A stretch of DNA of 64,000 nucleotides from the NCBI GenBank assembly GCA_964016885.1, contig OZ024747.1:70308001-70372000 (forward strand). The letters are read 5' to 3'. Both the position numbers and the translations under genes were made by a program. Shown here one piece after another: positions 56,691 to 64,000 of this stretch. The notes under the pieces are model-generated. The model saw only the letters and a program-made list of their open reading frames with translations. It was not told where the DNA came from and searched no databases. This DNA is from Eledone cirrhosa (lineage: Eukaryota). How positions within the stretch are numbered: the first letter of the stretch is position 1; each line of letters begins with the position of its first letter.

Positions 56691-58456
56691 TGTGGGGATT
56701 GATGCAAGATTATATCATAAAAACATATATATATATAATTGGATACGTTTCAATACTTTTCATGTTTTCCTCACTGCGAAGTAGCAAAGCTTGAAACCAT
56801 GTGTAAGATGCAAATTTGTTTTTGTTTTTTATGTGTGCCTTTTACCAATCTGCTTCCATTGAATAAGTAAAATATGATAGCCCTCAGATATCAAATTTGT
56901 TTTGTGGAGTTTATATTTATGGGGAGGAATAATCAAACATTCGAACTGCGAATACATTCAACCTCGTGTCGGGTACCTGAAACTAATCAGTTTACCGTAT
57001 TTTACTGACTTTTGTAAACTAGTCATTGCATACAGACTGTGATGAAAGCAAGAGTATTTGTTTCCACTGGCTGTATACTAGCGGGCGAGTGCAAATTGAT
57101 TTTAAGGAGATTTGTATAGAGAAATATTTAATATTCGATCTCCTAGAGGCAAATTTCAAAATCTTTTAAACCAGGTGTCCAACAAGCGATGTGGTAAAAA
57201 TCGGACGTGAGACAAACACATTGGTTCACAAAAGATTAACCAAGAAGAATAAACGTCAACAGCTAGTAACAATGTTTATATTTTTGTTAACAATTAAATG
57301 TTTAATTCTGACCTTCCTGTACTGCCCAAAGAAGGGAATTAATGAGTAATGAAATGTTAAAAACTGAGAAATTCACTAATGTATGGGAGATAATCTAAAC
57401 TTTGGTTTTATCATCAGGTTTAAATGTCAATATTGTGTTCCGGTGATTATTCCCGTAAAACTTTCTTTAAAAAATGCCCCATGAAGATTATTGGTGGTTT
57501 AATTTATCAATTAATATCCGCTAAAAATATTTTACTTATAAAGATATTTTTTATGCATGTATGATATTTGTTAATAATTGCATTCTATTTATTGTTAACA
57601 TTTTTTTTATAAATTTTATTATTGAGTGCACCTGCTTCTTAACATGTATCATGGAATTAGTAAAAGACCGATAAATACTTTTTTTAAATGCCAGTATATT
57701 GCGGTAGAAAAATACGAAGGGAAAATTATGACAAATGTGACTAAACAAAACAAAGTAATGTTTTATCTAGTGTATTTTGTGATGATATTTCAGGGCTATT
57801 ACCCTCTTTTTAGATGCGAAGTTGAAACTCAAGTTCCATATTCTGTTACTGATGACATTTACTTTATCGTTGAAATAAACTTCTTCCTGATTTAAAATAT
57901 ATATTTTACCAAGACAATGTCATATATGATAATTAAATGTCCATAGTTTGTACTTAAAATGAATTCCAATCATTAACTATTTTTATTTTTAGAAATACGC
58001 TATCACCATACTTGTGATATGGTATTAAATTCTAATGCATCAAGAATTGCATGAAAATTATTTTACCATGTGGCTAATTTCTTTATGTAGTGCTGCTTAA
58101 CACAAAAACTACAATAGGAAAACTTATACCACAAATATACTGACTTAGATTTATTCAACTATAACATCTCTTTTGCAAGCACAGTCCAATAATATTAATT
58201 CAATGTTGTTTGGTAGCTGAATATGTGATGATGCTACTTAAAATATTGTAGCAATTGAAAATATTAATACATTTTTCTAATTCGTTTTAACTAGAAAATT
58301 AACCCTTAGAAAATGCTGTATTTAATTATTGTTTTATATCTGTTCTGATATTATTTGCAAGATATAGAGTCGGTTACCCTAATTTCAAACTGAGAAAACT
58401 TTCTATTTTCAGCTGAAGCCAGTGTACACCATCAAGGCATATAATGATATTTAATT

Positions 58457-58635
58457 TAGACACAAGGAATTGAAAAGTCAATTAAAATCGACCCCAGTAC
58501 TTTACTGGTATTTTATTTTATTGGACTCGAAGGGATGAAAGCAAAGTTCGCTTTGGTGGAATTCGAACCAAGAACGTATAGAGAACAAATGCCGTAAATC
58601 ATTTTCATTGTAACGAATCTATCAACCCACCGCCG
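58457..58635 (-). mobile_element. Older SINE (family A-related)
   Basis: ATCGACCCCAGTACTTTACTGGTATTTTATTTTAT..GGATGAAAGCAAAGTT..ATTCGAAC. Confidence 0.8.
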
Positions 58636-59479
58636 TCCATTAAGGCCTTCTAGAAAAACATAAATCTTATTCAAGATCATTCTTCTCTTAAGTTATTTGT
58701 TGCCTTCAGCTAAGGAAACACCTCGTTATTTTTCGATTATATCATAATTGATAGGCTAAAACAGTTTTATTTTGAAATTTCATATAGAATAATTGTTTAA
58801 CGTTAAAAGGATGTGAAGGTTAAAATAAAACAGCAGAAACAGCAGCTAGTGGTAGGTGTTAGTTTAAATAATCAAAGCCCACTCGGTTAATAATGTACTT
58901 CAAATCTTAGATTAGAGACACTTGTCTCAAGAGGGTATGAAAACCACTGCAAACAAAAGCCTGTGATTGTTAAATTCAATGCAGTTCACCTTAGTTACAC
59001 AGTGAATTGATAGCAACAATAAAAACCAGCTAGAAGCTCTCTCTATTACACCTCACGGGTGGAAATAGCAGGTTTTTCATCAATGAATTAGAGAATGCAG
59101 TAAAATGCAGTTTCTCAAAAGATCAGATCAATTTAGCCAAAATACGATATGCACCAATTCTATCTCTAACAAAGTAATTTGGAAACCGTTGTTTATAACT
59201 ATCTGCTGTTGAAGCAATCGTGCTGGCAGACCGACAGAATAATCTATAAAATTGCTAGTGGTACGAATGGGATCTGTTTTTTTCCTTCTTTAGTTCGGCA
59301 AAACTTCTTTCCATGTCGCACTTCAAAGGCATCTATTTTTATAAGTGCTTGTGGAATGGACGTACGCTTTCCTACTAACCCATCTATTTGATGTAGACGA
59401 TCCCCTGTGGGATATGCATTAAACAGTTGCCTCTGTACACATTTTCACTAATGTGAGCAGACCCTTGTGTGAAGTGGGA

Positions 59480-59800
59480 AAATTGCAATGAATGCATTAC
59501 GGAGGTAGATGAAAAGAAAAGAAAATAGATTGATCTTTTCTCAAGCTCCAACTGAGGAACAAATGTAGATTTTTGTTAAAGGAAACTATTCATGATTGTA
59601 TCGGACAATAGAAGGACATGCGATGTAGTAGACAAAACAACAGCAAAATATATTCCCGCCATTAAGAAACAATGGTCAAGCGAGGCTATAGTATATAGCT
59701 TTATTTCTATGCCTACCTCCCGACACTTTGATTAAAGTAAGCACGGCAAAAAGCGTTACGTATAAGTTAACAGTTTCTAATAACAAACAGGATTTTTCGA
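59480..59800 (+). pseudogene. Possible Merlin/ISXO2-like transposase remnant
   Basis: ITEVDEKKRK, then VVDKTTAKYIPAIKKQWSSEAIVYS, resembling VEIDE...V.DR...L.P.I...PGS.I.SD. Confidence 0.35.
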
Positions 59801-60989
59801 TTAATAATACGTATCCAGTCTAAAATAGATTGTGTAAAGATCGGTGCATGATATGTTGATTGTCAATTTAAAGATCTTAGAACATGTATCGAATCCACGT
59901 CGGTATAATTTATTATATATCCTGGCATAAATTATGATCACTCTTGTACCCAGGGATTAATACTGCTATATACATTTGTTTGTGGAGAAAGATCTTTCTA
60001 TTATGAATATATAATATTCTACTTCTATGGTCTATGAATTGAATGTTTAACTATGAAACGAAATTGAAACACAATCTATAGAAGATAATTGAAGGCATAG
60101 CCTAGTATACATTTATATTATTTATTTAGTTCGTAAGTAAATTTGCTGGAAAAAATTATATTGTGTTATATGATGTAATGATATAGATTTCTAGAATCCA
60201 CAGCCTAGTAGGGCATCAATTGCGCGTCGTTCACTGGGACTGTTGCGTCATGTTCAGTTATATTCGCTTGTCGTTGATATGAAAACAAAGATGTAGTACA
60301 ACATACTGAATATACATTAAAACGTTAAAAATGTAGCCTTACTGTGGCAAACAAACAAAGAATAAATAAATAAAATGGTACAGGTAGACTACGTCTTCGA
60401 CTACGTTCCATTGTTGAGACTATTTAAAGCGCTTGTTACATAAATTATACTTTCAATCCTTTACTATGGTCATAATCGAAAAGGAAATAGATGTGAACTA
60501 GAATTCTCCTTTCTTCTCGAGGACAACTGAATGTGACACTTTTTGAGCACACTCCAATCTTGGCGTAAAGATGAAGAAATAACTGATAACTATTCTCATG
60601 ATAGAAAAAGGTAGAAATTTACTGGAAGTAATATAGTTTTGAATGATGTTTTCTCTTAAGACCGCAGCTTCATAACTATATACCTGGAGTTTACACTATC
60701 TAAAGGACCAAACACGTCCGAAAAATCTAATTTCTAACAGAATTGAGTACTTCACAGACTCCTGTAATCTTCCAATAATCTTATAGTTTTCAAAGTAACT
60801 GTGCAAAACCCACTAGTATATGTTATTACTGTAAGTTGATATATTATTACTGGAAGTGATATATTACAATATTGGGAACGGTCTTTCGCCAGCTTTGCCA
60901 ATAAAAACACACGTATTATTCGCTTTTTCACTTCAGTATAATTCTGTGACCTCCTCATTGACATTTGTTCTTCTTTGCCTCCTCTTTTT

Positions 60990-61875
60990 TTGGTTTAATC
61001 CGTTTACTCCATCTCGTCTTTCTGCGATACGTTTTCCTTATCTGCGCATGCATTTGCTTCTGTACCTGTGTGTGTGTCTATGAGTTTGACACGTGTATGT
61101 TTGCCTCGTGTGCGTGTGTGTCGGTTTTTATATATCACTGTTTATATCTGTATCTTCCTAAGTATTTCATTGTGTGTCCTAGTCTATCTTCAGTCATTAG
61201 GTTGTGGAGTGACGGTGTTACTAATCCATTCTGTTTTCTGATGAGGCTCGTCTACTTTCTGTTATATGTGTGGATAGGATCTTTACTTCTATGTTATCTA
61301 TCGAGATCCCATGTTTTAGTTTAGCATGTCGGTAAAGCGCTGACGAGCTTTTCTCCTCCTTAAGTTTTCACCAGTGTTCTTTTATCCCCTCTCCTATATG
61401 TCGTTGTCATGTTTCTGCCCCGCCCCGTTCTATCCCATAGACTGCATAGACTGTAGTTTAGCTGTGGGCATGCCCTACACACTATACAGTTCCTATCCGT
61501 ACAGAGGATACTTTTAAAATGGCATGTCCTACTGATCAGTGATTATATGTCTCTAACTTTTATACTACTTTACTTGTTAAATTCAGTTTATCTAAAGCTT
61601 TTCTAAAACGATACGCTAGTTCACTCCAGGCGTAGACTCGACGAACATGACACTCTGGTAAATTTAGCTGTTATACTAAAAGTTGTCCTTCTCTATTTTC
61701 CTCTTAGTCCTTTCTACAATATTCCATAATTTGCTCCTGTGTTGTTGGCAAATAACATTCGCATCGTTCTATAGGAAGGTCTTGAATTTTGTCATGGTTA
61801 CTTTGTACACATTGATTCTGTCTCTTTTGCCGCACCCAGCGATCTGCATGCGGTGGATGAAGTGATATAATCTTA
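60990..61875 (-). pseudogene. Decayed PLE (Naiad-like) linker, GIY-YIG and 3' UTR; paralogous to 21561-22472
   Basis: FIHRMQIAGC..R..V, YQSVMFVESTP, NCIVCRACPQLN, RNMTTTYIGE, KEHW..SALYRHAKLKH..IDNIEVKILS..KTEW. Confidence 0.8.
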
Positions 61876-61902
61876 TGTTGTAACATAGTGCACCCCCCCC
61901 CC

Positions 61903-62165
61903 CCCCGCGGCTGCTGACCACGACGCAGGCTATCAGCGAATTTGAGGGAAAGCGTCGTGCCAACCTGAAAGAGAGAAGGGTGCGGGAGAACGGCTGTCAA
62001 GATGGAGCTAAGCACACCATAGACATTTTTCTGAAGTCGCTGTGGGTAGATCTGCCAGTCCTGGATCAGTCACATCAGTCAGCAGCGCGCATGCACACAG
62101 TGAGGGTTAAAGTGACCCGACCTGTAGGTATCTTCGTATCGAAGACATCGCTATCATAATCAGAT
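61903..62165 (+). pseudogene. RTE LINE 3' fragment
   Basis: AISEFEGKRRANLKERR, then F*SRCG*ICQSWISHISQQRACTQ* (decayed terminal zinc finger) and an ATCTTCG..CGAAG 3' hairpin. Confidence 0.72.
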
Positions 62166-62656
62166 TCAGATGATGAATTAATTGTGTTAAACGCGGTATT
62201 TAGTAGCTGAGTAACTGTATTTCATTTGGTAGACTATGGTTGATTTAATTTCGTTGCTTTCATTTACCTTTATATCGTTGTTTCGTGGACTTACGAGAGA
62301 CGCAATTTTCATATATATTTTAGAATGATGCGTCTGATATTGTGTGGACTAAGATCGCCGTTGAAAGCTTCTTGCACGAAGTGTCTCTCTCTTGAAGGGA
62401 TTAGCTAAGGTAGTGTTAATATAGACTGCTAAGGCATTAGATGAAGTGGGCAGATGGTTTCTTTTTTTAAATTATGTATAATGTTGCCAAATTATGTTTG
62501 CGATATGTTAGTAGAGAGTAGATTCTCAGGTCAACTCTCACCCCGGAAATAATAAACGTAGGAGCTACATACATACATTCACATAAATACATACACACAC
62601 ATACACATATACCATACACATACATAAACGCATACATACATACATACATAATATAC

Positions 62657-62892
62657 GGAGCTACGGGTTATATACCAACCCGCTTGGACCAAAGTATGAC
62701 TGAACTTGGATTTGCGGACAAAAAGCGCAGCTCCCTAATTCATAGTCTACAAATGGTTGCGATAGCTGGCACCTTCAAAATTTGCAAAACATTCTTGCGC
62801 TTCAAGCGATGACAATTTCTTTTCTTTTACAACCTTGCCACCAGGAAGGTGGCCGGTCAAAAAAATATACTCGAAATTAAGAGAAAGAGACA
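62657..62892 (+). pseudogene. R4/Dong-like (RLE) non-LTR retrotransposon 3' end
   Basis: 62657-62812 reads GATGYIPTRLDQSMTELGF....SLIHSLQMVAIAGTFKICKTFLRFKR*; short 3' UTR with a GCCACC/GGTGGC hairpin; lies in a microsatellite. Confidence 0.7.
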
Positions 62893-62951
62893 TATATATA
62901 TATACATACACATACATACACATACATACATGCATAATACATTTATACATA

Positions 62952-63126
62952 CATGATGACTGCAAACTCGTGTTTGAGCATTGCTATCGCCTGATAAAAT
63001 GCTCAAAAATGTGAGGCACGAATGTGGATCTTAAAACCAGCCAAAGACCTGCACCCTCTGGCACACACATGGCAATTGTAGACTCCTCTGAGACTTTCCA
63101 CTGCTCGGTTCTGACTGTGTTTTCAT
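62952..63126 (-). mobile_element. RTE 3'-terminal fragment (~175 bp), copy 1
   Basis: Encodes a C.VC.RGCRSL.G.K.H zinc finger; direct repeat of 63777-63950. Confidence 0.8.
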
Positions 63127-63136
63127 ACATATATAT

Positions 63137-63665
63137 ATGATGGCTGCCCCTTCGTTATCGAGTATGACCATTGCATGATATACCATTATTAATAATTATC
63201 AATTAATTCTATCGTGCAATGCCTGTGCGTTTTTTAAAGTGAGGAAAGATTGTGCACTGAGCCAATCCCACTCTCTGAGCGACAGTAGCTATAATCCGAA
63301 AAGAAGAACATATCAACATCATCAGTAACTACTGAGCCGCAGGTTTTATATCGGAGTTATCCCAGTTTCTTGAGTTGCCTTCTCCTAAAGAATGTTCTGG
63401 CAAAGGCTAAGGGACCTTCACTCTCAGTGGTTTAACCGCGCGGTATATGTGTATATACATATTTACACACTTTTGGATGGCCGTTGACTCTTATGAGTTC
63501 TTCCGCTCTTTGTCAGGTTTTCTTTTTTGTCCTGCAAGGTGTACAAAATCACCCTCCTCACCAAGTAAACTTGGTGGGGTTGCCGGTTTAGTCGCCGACG
63601 ACCCGACCATACGACAGGTTGTACCGGGTTACATGTTACCAGTAGCACTCAAGAGTGACCCGACA
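63137..63665 (-). mobile_element. Older bipartite non-autonomous RTE element related to the 611-bp family
   Basis: Both termini and the 5'UTR part are colinear with 4269-4879; lacks the zinc-finger segment. Confidence 0.8.
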
Positions 63666-63776
63666 TACACATACAAACATGCATACATTCATATATACAT
63701 ACATAGAAACAAAAATACATTCATACATACACACACACATGCATACATATACATACATGCATACATATACACATAG

Positions 63777-63950
63777 ATGATGGCCGCAAACTCATGTTCA
63801 AGCATTGCCATCGCCTGATAAAATGCTCAAAAATGTGCGGCAGGAATGTGGCTCTTCAAACCAACCAAAGACCTGCACCCTCTGGTACACACATGGCAAC
63901 TGTAGACTCTTCTCAGACTTTCCACTGCTCGGTTCTGACTGTGTTTTCAT
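63777..63950 (-). mobile_element. RTE 3'-terminal fragment (~175 bp), copy 2
   Basis: YSCHVCTRGCRSLVGLKSHIPAAHF* on the minus strand. Confidence 0.82.
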
Positions 63951-64000
63951 ACATACATATATACATACATATATACATATATGCATACATATATACATAC

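Noticed and set aside
47000-60700. Host gene exons in the less repetitive stretch
   Set aside because: No ORF with recognisable protein features; short exons cannot be excluded without RNA-seq or homology search.
62561-62664. GGAGCTAC duplication as the TSD of a microsatellite inserted in an R4 ORF
   Set aside because: The upstream sequence looks like the 3' end of a separate element; coincidence or microhomology cannot be excluded.

Overview
Eukaryotic, very AT-rich, microsatellite-laden non-coding DNA. The SINE families match what I recall from coleoid cephalopods, most likely Octopus (an inference, not a database result). I see no host exon, intact gene, tRNA/rRNA or CRISPR array, and most long ORFs in the track are (TA)n/(CA)n read-throughs. 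The window holds tRNA-derived SINEs; fragments of Penelope-like elements (PLEs) of at least three types; RTE and R4-like LINE ends; mariner, hAT and probably Merlin remnants. The most striking signal is a dense set of short non-coding elements inserted in (TA)n tracts that carry type I hammerhead ribozyme (HHR) motifs with palindromic stem III. There are about 11 well-formed motifs from about 7 unrelated families, plus decayed ones. They occur as (i) near-perfect fold-back palindromes whose turning points lie at or in the ribozyme, (ii) a 546-bp tandem unit bounded by two HHRs that predicts a 546-nt monomer or circular RNA, and (iii) a ~420-bp family whose copies are circularly permuted. Together they look like a retrozyme-like, PLE-mobilised system. 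All folds were done by eye and activity is untested.
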